From contig OZ286459.1 of the NCBI GenBank assembly GCA_965644265.1, forward strand, positions 18,352,001 to 18,416,000: 64,000 nucleotides of DNA. The letters run 5' to 3'. A model generated the notes under the pieces. That model made no database searches. It was not told the origin of the DNA and was given only the letters and a program-made list of their open reading frames with translations. Below are positions 26,041 through 34,382 of this stretch, one piece after another (the stretch's first letter is position 1; each line of letters opens with the position of its first letter). The translations under genes were made by a program, and so were the position numbers. The stretch comes from Glycera tridactyla. Its lineage: Eukaryota.

Positions 26041-26793
26041 TGTGCGCGCCTGGGGATCACCTAATCACATTCAAAGCACAACTCTTTTTTGTTTTGTCCG
26101 AATTTCCTACATATAAACTCAACACAAAGGCTCCTGGTCTCAGTACAAAGAAAACACAACTCAATCCAATTTTTTTTATATTTCATGTCGTGGGAATTTT
26201 TACAAAATAAATGCCCTATGAGTATCGGTCGATGACTAACGACAACAAACTTCATAATGTGGATACTCATGGGCATTTCCCTAGCAGACAAATTCTCAAA
26301 ATCGACAAGGAAGTCAACTGAATTTCCAAAAATTAAATTTTTTTTAAAAATCCAGGAAATTCCCAAATTATGTCAAAATTGAGATTGAATAAAATAAACG
26401 GAATAAGCGTGGCACATCAATACTAGATGACACTAGATGTGTCTAATAAATGTTTTGTGAGCATATTGAACAATTTATTAAGTTCAATGCAATCAGGAAA
26501 ACGTTGGACAACTAGACGTTGTTATGTTAATATGAATTATTCCAAAAATATTTGGTGGAAGCAACAAGATTTTGCAATTAGTCATTGCTGAAATCTCTGG
26601 ATATGGACTTTAGACAAGTCAGAATTTCTATAACAAACAAAGGTCAAGGTCACATGATTCAAGGTCAAGGTCACACATTTTATCAAATTTATTTAATTTT
26701 TACAAAATTGTTGAACAGCATACAATCCGAATGAGCCTTTCAGTCCCCACCATCATAGAAACCTGAAAGGCCCACCCATAACACATAGGATAA

Positions 26794-27756
26794 TTATTGA
26801 GGATTCAGAATCCAACAATCCGGACGAATATAGCCTAGGAATGCATCCGATTTCCATCTTCCACGTTTTTGTATATCAGATACAGAGCAACCCTGTTTAG
26901 CCCAGTCGGTACACCTTCCTATACGGAAACCGTGAGCTGAATAAGTGACACGATTTGTAGGCCAGTTCAATAATTTCACTAGTTTCTTGATCAAACTATT
27001 GACCGTTTCATACGATATTGGGCGTCCCTCAGAAATGAACAAAGGACCAGATCCTCGTCCCCGGACCTTTAGATATCTTAACATGTATTTGACTGGGCAA
27101 ATGACTGGACTTGCTTCAGATTTCACCAACAGTGAACATGGTGCCTCAGAAAATTTGAATGATCTGAACGTAACTTTGAAAGCAATGAAACCTTCTTTAT
27201 CCTTACACCATTGCAAATCGTTTAGCTGTAAGAAATGTTGAACTTTACCATTGAAAGCGTATTCCGATATTCTCAATGCCAGAGCATAGGCCCATACGAA
27301 CATGGTTTGAAATAGACATTTCTGATGATAAGACCAATCCATTTCTCTAATCGCTTCAATGAGTTGAATAACTTTGCGCTCATCAATTGCAGCCTTAGAA
27401 TCTGGAGTTTTTGTCACTTTGATAACGCTTGAAATTAGTCTTTTGATTAGGTTAGAATTACATATTTCACTTTTCCCTTCAAGAACGAGAAAGAAAGCTA
27501 TTGCTGATAAACGAGAACTAATCGTACTATGTTTATAACCTTTAAGATATAAATGTGTTACAAAATAACCAACTGATTCAGATGATAAGTCTAATAAGTT
27601 AGAAGTACGAAACTTACTAAATTCACTCCAAGCCCTGCAGTATATGGCACGTGTAGACGGGGCTAATCCTTGTAATAGCAACCACCTCATTACTACAGGA
27701 AATTGGCCGGATCCAGTGCGATCGGCATGGTCATTGGGTTGATCGTCAACCCCCAC
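26794..27756 (-). CDS. Tyrosine recombinase of the retroelement (likely ATG at 27690)
   Basis: Catalytic R (ALRISEY), HxxR (SAHGFRIG), W (GRWKS) and Y (FLGYIRP); N-terminal LAPSTR..Y...W..F..F SAM-like core-binding region typical of DIRS YRs; frame open. Confidence 0.93.
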   Translation of the reverse strand: MGVDDQPNDHADRTGSGQFPVVMRWLLLQGLAPSTRAIYCRAWSEFSKFRTSNLLDLSSESVGYFVTHLYLKGYKHSTISSRLSAIAFFLVLEGKSEICNSNLIKRLISSVIKVTKTPDSKAAIDERKVIQLIEAIREMDWSYHQKCLFQTMFVWAYALALRISEYAFNGKVQHFLQLNDLQWCKDKEGFIAFKVTFRSFKFSEAPCSLLVKSEASPVICPVKYMLRYLKVRGRGSGPLFISEGRPISYETVNSLIKKLVKLLNWPTNRVTYSAHGFRIGRCTDWAKQGCSVSDIQKRGRWKSDAFLGYIRPDCWILNPQ

Positions 27757-29378
27757 GATTTCAACTGTTCCTGTGAAACATAATGTCTAGATAAGAAATC
27801 TGCAACAACATTGTCAACACCTGAAATATGAAATGATTTTATACATATATTGTTCAACATGACAAACAAAGCAATCTCTCTCATAATCTTAGCAATGCAC
27901 GGGTCTTTAGATGATCTTTTGTTGAGGACTTCCACAACTGCCATGTTATCGACATAGAAATGTACTAGTGCATTCTTAAGAATGGGGCGGCAAATCTTCA
28001 AAGCTACAAGAATCGGATATATTTCAAGGACAGCTATGTTTCTATTACTCCATGTTTCATTGTAGTCGAAATATACCCAGAACTGACCGCAAACCACGGC
28101 CGCTCCTCTTTTGCATGCGTCTGTGTATATATCAATTGGCTTAGACTGCCCGATGGTCCTTTCATTCAGAAAAGCTATACCATTATACTGTTGGAGAAAT
28201 TTTACCCACATAATCAAATCTTCTTTTAGATTGACAGTGAAATTGATCAGAAAAGCAGGATTTACCAAACCTCTAGTTGTGTCAATCAAACCTCTCAAAA
28301 ATGATCGTCCTACTGGAATCAAAGTTGAAGCCCACATCAATCTGCCAATCAAAGTACGCATCTCTGACAAAGAACATTTTTGTTTTTGCAAAACTTGTTG
28401 TACTTGAGTGAGATATTTCTCCATTTTTTCCTTAGGTAATCGAGCCTGCATATTTACTACGTCAATTTCAACCCCCAGAAAAGACAAAAGCTGTGTCGAT
28501 GTTACAGTCTTTTTGGGACATAACGGTACGCCTATGTCTAAACACATGTTTTGAAATTTCTTCAAATAAATGTCACATTTTTCTTTTGATTCTGCTGTAA
28601 AACAGAAGTCGTCAATCATATGAGCAACGTTAGGTATTTGTAATTTGTTTACACAAATCCAATCTAAAGCAGACGAAAATCTTTCAAAGATTCGACACGA
28701 TGATCTTGCACCCATTGCCAAACATGAACTAACGTAAAACTTTCCTTCGAATCTTAACCCCATGAGATGATATTGTTCCGGTTTAACTGGCACTATACGA
28801 AAGGCTGACTTTATATCTGCCTTTGCCATATATGCTTTTGGACCTAAGGCTATTACGAAATCTAAAACTTTCTGAGCCGAAACATAAGAAACCGTAGCCT
28901 CATAGTCTGGGATGAACCAATTTATAGAATTATCATTGTATGGAGCTGATAAATTGTGAATCATACGAAACACCCCCGGATCTTTTTTAGGTATTACAGC
29001 AATTGGAGATGTTTGAATGTTATCGTATGGAGCTTCATCAAAGGGCCCTATCCTACGACCCAACGCTACTTCGTCTTGAATCAGTTTATTCGTTGCCAAA
29101 GGGAATTGACGAACTGAATCAGAATTCTTCGCTCTGTATCCAGGCGATACTCCTTTGAACCCGATATCAAACCCATGAGTGAATCCATTGACAATATATA
29201 GTTTCTCATTATATTCATAACCATCCAACCAAAAATTAAGCCTCCCCGGCCTTACCGGTGAGTGAACCCTTAGAAGCCTGGGGTCCTTTGTTATTGACTT
29301 GGTTGGAATTTCTGGAACACAAGAAAAGAGGATGACGCCCATTACATGAAGGACACATATGCTTATAACCACAATCAT
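27693..29378 (-). CDS. Reverse transcriptase plus RNase H of the retroelement
   Basis: DIRS-type N-terminus (SPV...L..Y...GF..GFDIG); SPIAVIPKK..FRMIHNLS, AKADIKSAFR, LAMGARSS, HMIDDF, FLGVEID; RNase H residues in YTDAC, LEIYP, VDNMAV and DNVVADFLSR; frame open over 561 codons. Confidence 0.95.
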   Translation of the reverse strand: MIVVISICVLHVMGVILFSCVPEIPTKSITKDPRLLRVHSPVRPGRLNFWLDGYEYNEKLYIVNGFTHGFDIGFKGVSPGYRAKNSDSVRQFPLATNKLIQDEVALGRRIGPFDEAPYDNIQTSPIAVIPKKDPGVFRMIHNLSAPYNDNSINWFIPDYEATVSYVSAQKVLDFVIALGPKAYMAKADIKSAFRIVPVKPEQYHLMGLRFEGKFYVSSCLAMGARSSCRIFERFSSALDWICVNKLQIPNVAHMIDDFCFTAESKEKCDIYLKKFQNMCLDIGVPLCPKKTVTSTQLLSFLGVEIDVVNMQARLPKEKMEKYLTQVQQVLQKQKCSLSEMRTLIGRLMWASTLIPVGRSFLRGLIDTTRGLVNPAFLINFTVNLKEDLIMWVKFLQQYNGIAFLNERTIGQSKPIDIYTDACKRGAAVVCGQFWVYFDYNETWSNRNIAVLEIYPILVALKICRPILKNALVHFYVDNMAVVEVLNKRSSKDPCIAKIMREIALFVMLNNICIKSFHISGVDNVVADFLSRHYVSQEQLKSWGLTINPMTMPIALDPANFL

Positions 29379-30468
29379 TTACCATACAACGTTTGCCAGG
29401 GGTTTGAAAAGCAAAACAAAATCCTCTTGGCGTGCCTTGTTGATTATTATTTGACTTATTGTTGTTGTTGTTGTTGTTGTTGTTGCCAGCATTGGACCCC
29501 GACGGCCCGTTAGGGTACATTCCTGATCTTGTTGCCCTGTTATGAAATTGGACATGCAGAGTGTTCCAGGGGTAAGGATGCTCCATAAATGATCTTTCTA
29601 GTCGAAATTGCTCGTCATAATATTTATAGTCGCCACCTTTTGCTGCTATTTCTTTTATCTCTGAGCTGTAAGTGTAGAGATCAATAATTTCTGATTTGAT
29701 GAGTTCTAAAGGTTTGAAAGGATGCATCGTATATACTGAAGCAAATGTCGTAAAAGCCTTATCCCACTCAGTGATGCTATTAATAAACCTCTTCCTTTTT
29801 TCCGGAACAAATTTTCCTGATTTTCCATCTACTATGTAATTATTGGGCATGATCTTTTCTGGAAAATTTAATTCTGCCAAATTGATAAATTGGTCCAGCC
29901 AAATCTTTACTTTGAGTTCCATATTAACTTTGTAACCAGCTGGAAGGCCTGCAGCTAGTACACACCGCAAGCTTTGTGTTCCTGATACAGACATCGGATT
30001 TCCCACAACTCTATGTTGCATAATATTAACGTCTGGCATAGCTGGATGAAATTGATTGTTTATGAGAGGTGGCTGAGGGGGAGGGTTACCCGCGCTATAT
30101 TGAGAAATAAAAGCTTGTGAAATGTCACCACCAGTTGCATTTCTATTAGCGTTGACTGCTGACATCAAAGTTTGTTGAAAGTCCGGGTATGCCACATGCA
30201 TATTCAAGAAAGATTGATTGGTTGTTCTTGAATTGAAGAAAGATTGATCTTGGTTCTGTTGTGCCGAATTATGAACATTTGAGTTGGATACATTAGAATT
30301 GCGCGTAGCATTGTTATTATTTGAATTGTTCCTACCTGTAGGTGCTTGAGGAGGAGCCTGAGATCGTTTGTTAGTATCCATAAAGTCGACCATGGTCTTT
30401 TTCATATCCGTTATAGCAGTAGACATGGTCTTCATCGTATCCATCATCTGACTCATGACTGTGTTCAA
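29236..30468 (-). CDS. gag, C-terminal part
   Basis: KIWLDQFINLAEL...ITEWDKAFTTFASVY...YDEQFR and terminal Cys/His finger CFAFQ...C....C.YKHMCPSCNGRHPLFLC, typical of DIRS/Ngaro gag; this frame is open upstream to ~30615. Confidence 0.85.
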   Translation of the reverse strand: MNTVMSQMMDTMKTMSTAITDMKKTMVDFMDTNKRSQAPPQAPTGRNNSNNNNATRNSNVSNSNVHNSAQQNQDQSFFNSRTTNQSFLNMHVAYPDFQQTLMSAVNANRNATGGDISQAFISQYSAGNPPPQPPLINNQFHPAMPDVNIMQHRVVGNPMSVSGTQSLRCVLAAGLPAGYKVNMELKVKIWLDQFINLAELNFPEKIMPNNYIVDGKSGKFVPEKRKRFINSITEWDKAFTTFASVYTMHPFKPLELIKSEIIDLYTYSSEIKEIAAKGGDYKYYDEQFRLERSFMEHPYPWNTLHVQFHNRATRSGMYPNGPSGSNAGNNNNNNNNNKSNNNQQGTPRGFCFAFQTPGKRCMVNDCGYKHMCPSCNGRHPLFLCSRNSNQVNNKGPQASKGSLTGKAGEA

Positions 30469-31109
30469 CGCTGGAGAAACTGAATTCCCCGCTTTGTTAG
30501 CAAACGATCCTTGATTATTGGCTCCCGCCTGTGCCGCTGATGCTGCCGCTGTTGATACTGTTGCAGAGGGCTTGGAGCATATGTATCTGGTAAACTCATA
30601 GGAAATGGAACATTGTCATTTGATATTGACACATTTGTTGCTATTGGATTGAATAATGGCTGGCCAATCGAATGGGACAAAGACTGTCTGGCAGATAAAG
30701 CATTAGCTGCATGTTTTTCGAGTTTCGCTAAATTTGACGGTAGACCCGTTTGAAGTAATTGATCTTCGGATAATTGTGAAAAAGGCAAAGTAACAATTGG
30801 TTGAGGCATCTGTGCACAAGGTATTTCATCTTGAGATTGAAATGTCTGAGAAACATCAAAGGAAGACCTGCTAGACGCCGGCCTATAAGCTACTTGCGTC
30901 GCAGGACATGAGCTCTGAGAAGGTGTTAAAATGTTATTATAGTTCCACGTGTCCAAAGAGCTGGATAAGAATTGAGTAGCACTAGGTATGTTGTCAAACA
31001 AATCATGAGATCGATTCATGTTATCATCTTGAATTCCTTCATTTTTCGAAAACTTCCTACTCGTAGGATCCTGAACATCAGGATCCGAAGATTTCCTTTT
31101 CGGAGGCAT
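30465..31109 (-). CDS. Probable gag N-terminal part, frameshifted relative to the C-terminal part
   Basis: atcATG start with MPPKRK; low-complexity S/Q/P-rich sequence; one extra base near 30568-30570 would fuse it to the downstream gag frame (624 aa in total). Confidence 0.6.
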   Translation of the reverse strand: MPPKRKSSDPDVQDPTSRKFSKNEGIQDDNMNRSHDLFDNIPSATQFLSSSLDTWNYNNILTPSQSSCPATQVAYRPASSRSSFDVSQTFQSQDEIPCAQMPQPIVTLPFSQLSEDQLLQTGLPSNLAKLEKHAANALSARQSLSHSIGQPLFNPIATNVSISNDNVPFPMSLPDTYAPSPLQQYQQRQHQRHRREPIIKDRLLTKRGIQFLQR

Positions 31110-31219
31110 GATGACTTTGCTAATATAACAGACAATGATTTGTTAAATATCAATGAACATAATGAAAGTGCACCACCCCCTACTCATATCCCACCACGTG
31201 GCTGCGCATCGTCACTCCG

Positions 31220-32026
31220 CTAATTATAATAGCCACGTGGTGAAATTGAGCAATTTTGGCGAGGAGCTAAACCATGTTGTAAACGATATTCGTCAACGCA
31301 TATTTGCCCTAGGTTTGGTAATAAAGCAATCAAAGCTGCTCTCATCTCATAAAGAAACTTGTAGAAGAATCTGGAGCCCGGAATAGGATGGATACCATCA
31401 TGAGACCAATCACTAACTCGAAGCCTCATACCTTGAGAATTGTATCTGAAACCCTTGATTCTGAAAAATACTGACGAATATGAATCTCCACATAATGATT
31501 GCATCTTGCAATTAAATAATGCTGCTCTGTAAGCAAAATCTTTTGGCCCCACTGACCTGTTCAAGACCGATAAGAAACCTACTGTTTTGACCCCATGCTC
31601 CCTTCGGAAAATTGTTCCTAAATCGAAGAGATATTGTGCAACGTCAGTTGGATTATTACCAGTTCTTGTAAGATCGTTAGAACCCATGTTAAACAAAACC
31701 ACATGTGGAGCGAGAGCTGCTAAAGCTAACATCTTGTCCTCAATGTCTTTGTTATCAACATACTTGAGGAGAAAGTTACATGATCTGAATACAACCTCAC
31801 AATATCTGTTATCTAAATGCATAAGTTCTGCCATAACATTGCCTTCCTTTCTCGTAGCATTATCCACCAAAGGTTGATAACCTTGTTCAATGATTTGCAA
31901 TTTTAAATGGTCCCTGACCCTCCTTGTGAAAGAATGTCCCAAGACCACCACCTTTGGCTTACTTCCCAAGCAAGTGGGTATAGGTACAAAGGGAAGTTTA
32001 GGCGTTGACCTATGACCACGTTGCAT
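31220..32026 (-). CDS. SGNH/GDSL-family hydrolase (esterase-like) ORF of the retroelement
   Basis: Block I VVVLGHSF (Ser nucleophile), block III NMGSNDL and block V HDGIHP (DxxH); intact 268-aa frame. Confidence 0.88.
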   Translation of the reverse strand: MQRGHRSTPKLPFVPIPTCLGSKPKVVVLGHSFTRRVRDHLKLQIIEQGYQPLVDNATRKEGNVMAELMHLDNRYCEVVFRSCNFLLKYVDNKDIEDKMLALAALAPHVVLFNMGSNDLTRTGNNPTDVAQYLFDLGTIFRREHGVKTVGFLSVLNRSVGPKDFAYRAALFNCKMQSLCGDSYSSVFFRIKGFRYNSQGMRLRVSDWSHDGIHPIPGSRFFYKFLYEMRAALIALLPNLGQICVDEYRLQHGLAPRQNCSISPRGYYN

Positions 32027-32113
32027 AATGAAATGAAAGCTTATGCTAACTGATGCAAGTTACTTACTCTCGTAGCGGAGCGACGAATGCGAACGATCTC
32101 TGAAATCGGCTTG

Positions 32114-32137
32114 CTTATATAGGAACTGGTTACGTAA
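32114..32137 (-). promoter_or_regulatory. Putative promoter of the retroelement
   Basis: Minus strand reads ...ttacgtaaccagttccTATATAAGcaagcc...; palindromic TTACGTAA (bZIP-type site) just upstream of the TATA box; the first ATG downstream is the SGNH start at 32026. Confidence 0.55.
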
Positions 32138-32606
32138 TGTAATGTACGCAGGAAACATTCTGCAAATAAAATTCAAAGAGTCAACATCCGAATCATTTTC
32201 ATGGGTAATCATTATCATATGAGCAGCCTGTAATAAATTAAAAATTGATTGTGAAAATTCCTAAGTTACAAAATTCATCAACGAGGCCTTCCGACAATAA
32301 TTTAGTTCCACCTATTGCCACTAGAGATCGGAAGGCCTGTGTCCTTCAATCCTTCACAAAAAATAAAATTGATAGCTCAATTTTCGATTGGTACCGCCAG
32401 CATATCCACCAGACATACCAATATCTGTCAAAGCATGGAACCCAACAGTGGAAAAGTATGTTCTGATCCCATGTTGTCGTATATGCCAGAAACAGTGATG
32501 ATACTATTCATCCTGTCCTTTCACGTTAAATGTTCACGCAATTAGATACCTGCCTAAAGTGCTGGCAATGATCAACCTTTATTCTGTTACTAATAGTATG
32601 TTTGAA

Positions 32607-33298
32607 CGCCTCTCATATTCTGTGATATGATGACCGACCAGATTGCCACCTGCAGTGAAACTTGTCTTAAGAAGCACCTCTCATATTCTGTGATACGGTG
32701 ACCGACCAAATTGCCACCTGCAGTAAAACTTGTCTTAAGAAGCACCTCTCATATTCTGTGATACGATGACCGACCAGATTGCCACCTGCAGTAAAACTTG
32801 TCTTAAGAAGCACATCTCATATTCTGTGATACGATGACCGACCAGATTGCCACCTGCAGTGAAACTTGTCTTAATAAGCACCTCTCATATTCTGTGATAC
32901 GATGACCGACCAGATTGCCACCTGCAGTAAAACTTGTCCCAAGAAGCACATCTCATATTCTGTGATATGATGACTGACCAGATTGCCACCTGCAGTGAAA
33001 CTTGTCTTAATAAGCACCTCTCATATTCTGTGATACGATGACTGACCAGATTGCCACCTGCAGTAAAACTTGTCTTAAGAAGCACCTCTCATATTCTGTG
33101 ATACGATGACTGACCAGATTGCCACCTGCAGTAAAACTTGTCCTAAAAAGCACATCTCATATTCTGTGATACGATGACTGACCAGATTGCCACATGCAGT
33201 AAAACTTGTCCTAAGACGATGTTTGAACGAAGCACCCCTCATATTCTGTGATACGATGACTGACCTGATTGCCACCTGCAGTAGAACTTGTCCTAAGA
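32607..33298. repeat. Minisatellite, 10 units of 68 bp
   Basis: cacctctcatattctgtgatacgatgaccgaccagattgccacctgcagtaaaacttgtcttaagaag at 32607, 32675, 32743 ... 33151, and at 33233 after a 14-bp insertion. Confidence 0.95.
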
Positions 33299-33456
33299 CA
33301 GACTTGTCCATAGCAAAAACTTGCCCTAAGCAACAGGTTTATGTTCATCATGCCAGAATATTTGTCACTATAGTTGATCTGTCCTAAGCCTGGACTTGCC
33401 CCAGGCACACTGATTTTTCTCTTACCCTGGCGTTATGCTCAGGACAAGTTTGACTG
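33279..33456. mobile_element. CAGT-type MITE continuing from the last minisatellite unit
   Basis: cagtagaacttgtcctaag ... ctcaggacaagtttgactg|ta form TIRs. Confidence 0.7.
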
Positions 33457-34158
33457 TAATGTAACTGTCACTTGAAGTATGCTGTTGGAGCTGTCAAGAG
33501 AGTGGGAGTGGTCTAAGATGGGGAGGGGGGAGGGGTCTCACATACCTCGCTAGAAGCCCAATAGAGTTGATGAAGCTATAGGAAGCCCCGAAAGCAGTGA
33601 CATTTATACACTAGGCCTATATCGGACCCTACCCGCATCTGATTATGAACACATACATAGGTGCTGGTATAATAGGGTAATTACTATGAACAGATACTGG
33701 TAGCTAAAGTCAAACTGGTAGTTAAGTTCAATCGTGCTGCCAGCTGGGTACGGTACGTTTTTCGCCCTAGCATCGCGAATTCATATAAGATTGAACTGAC
33801 ACTCACATACAGACATCTCCGAAAACTCCAACGACTGAAGATGTGATCACGGCGAAACCTTCCTGTTTATTTCACCTTAGAATGCCAAATACGTCACTTT
33901 TACGCTACTCAAGTAATTAATGCAGTTTGGGCTGTTCATCAAAATGGTTTCCCTCCTTCCCTCTCTCTATCCTCTCCCCTCTCTTTCCATCCTCTCACCC
34001 TCCCCCCTCTCTCTTTCGCTTACAATACAGCATTGTAGCATCTTGTTGATTTATAGTCTTGGTCACTCGAGAGTCACACACAATTACCCAGTTGGGGGAC
34101 GTGCGAGAGATCCGGTGATGTAGCACGAAGCCTGCAGCAAAAGCCCCCTCTGTTGCGA

Positions 34159-34187
34159 CCAATCAGGAAGCACAGCGTCATATAAAA
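34159..34187 (+). promoter_or_regulatory. CCAAT box and TATA box upstream of the signal-peptide exon
   Basis: gaCCAATcag at 34159-34163 and caTATAAAAt at 34181-34187, ~130 bp before the ATG at 34316. Confidence 0.55.
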
Positions 34188-34315
34188 TGCACCACCTCAC
34201 CCAGGCGAGCGGCGTCCAATATATGCCGATCGCGCCAAACAGCACATCATTCAGGTGTTAGTAGTATACGTGCCCACTGAACTGTACTCAGTGAATGAAC
34301 TTCCCAGTGGCCAGG

Positions 34316-34382
34316 ATGAGGTTTGCACGGATTATCAGCACGTGTTTGGTAGCCCTGGTGGTCAGCCTCCCTGTGAATGAAG
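34316..34382 (+). CDS. Probable exon 1 (signal peptide) of the nAChR-like subunit
   Basis: MRFARIISTCLVALVVSLPVNE + G|GTCAGT; basic N-terminus and hydrophobic core; phase 1 matches the exon at 62295 (G+CG = Ala). The link between the exons is inferred. Confidence 0.6.

Larger units (their letters stand above)
26680..32345 (-). mobile_element. Tyrosine-recombinase retrotransposon (DIRS order, Ngaro-like) with a 5' SGNH hydrolase ORF
   Basis: Collinear minus-strand ORFs for SGNH, gag, RT/RNaseH and YR; no methyltransferase domain after RNase H; TATA box at 32114-32121; AATAAA-type signal near 26686-26693. Boundaries approximate. Confidence 0.9.

Noticed and set aside
26945-31877. Plus-strand ORFs antisense to the YR, RT and SGNH genes
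   Set aside because: Shadow frames of genuine minus-strand ORFs.
32607-33298. Regular repeat array as a possible CRISPR
   Set aside because: Units are contiguous near-identical 68-mers with no unique spacers; context is eukaryotic and has no cas genes.
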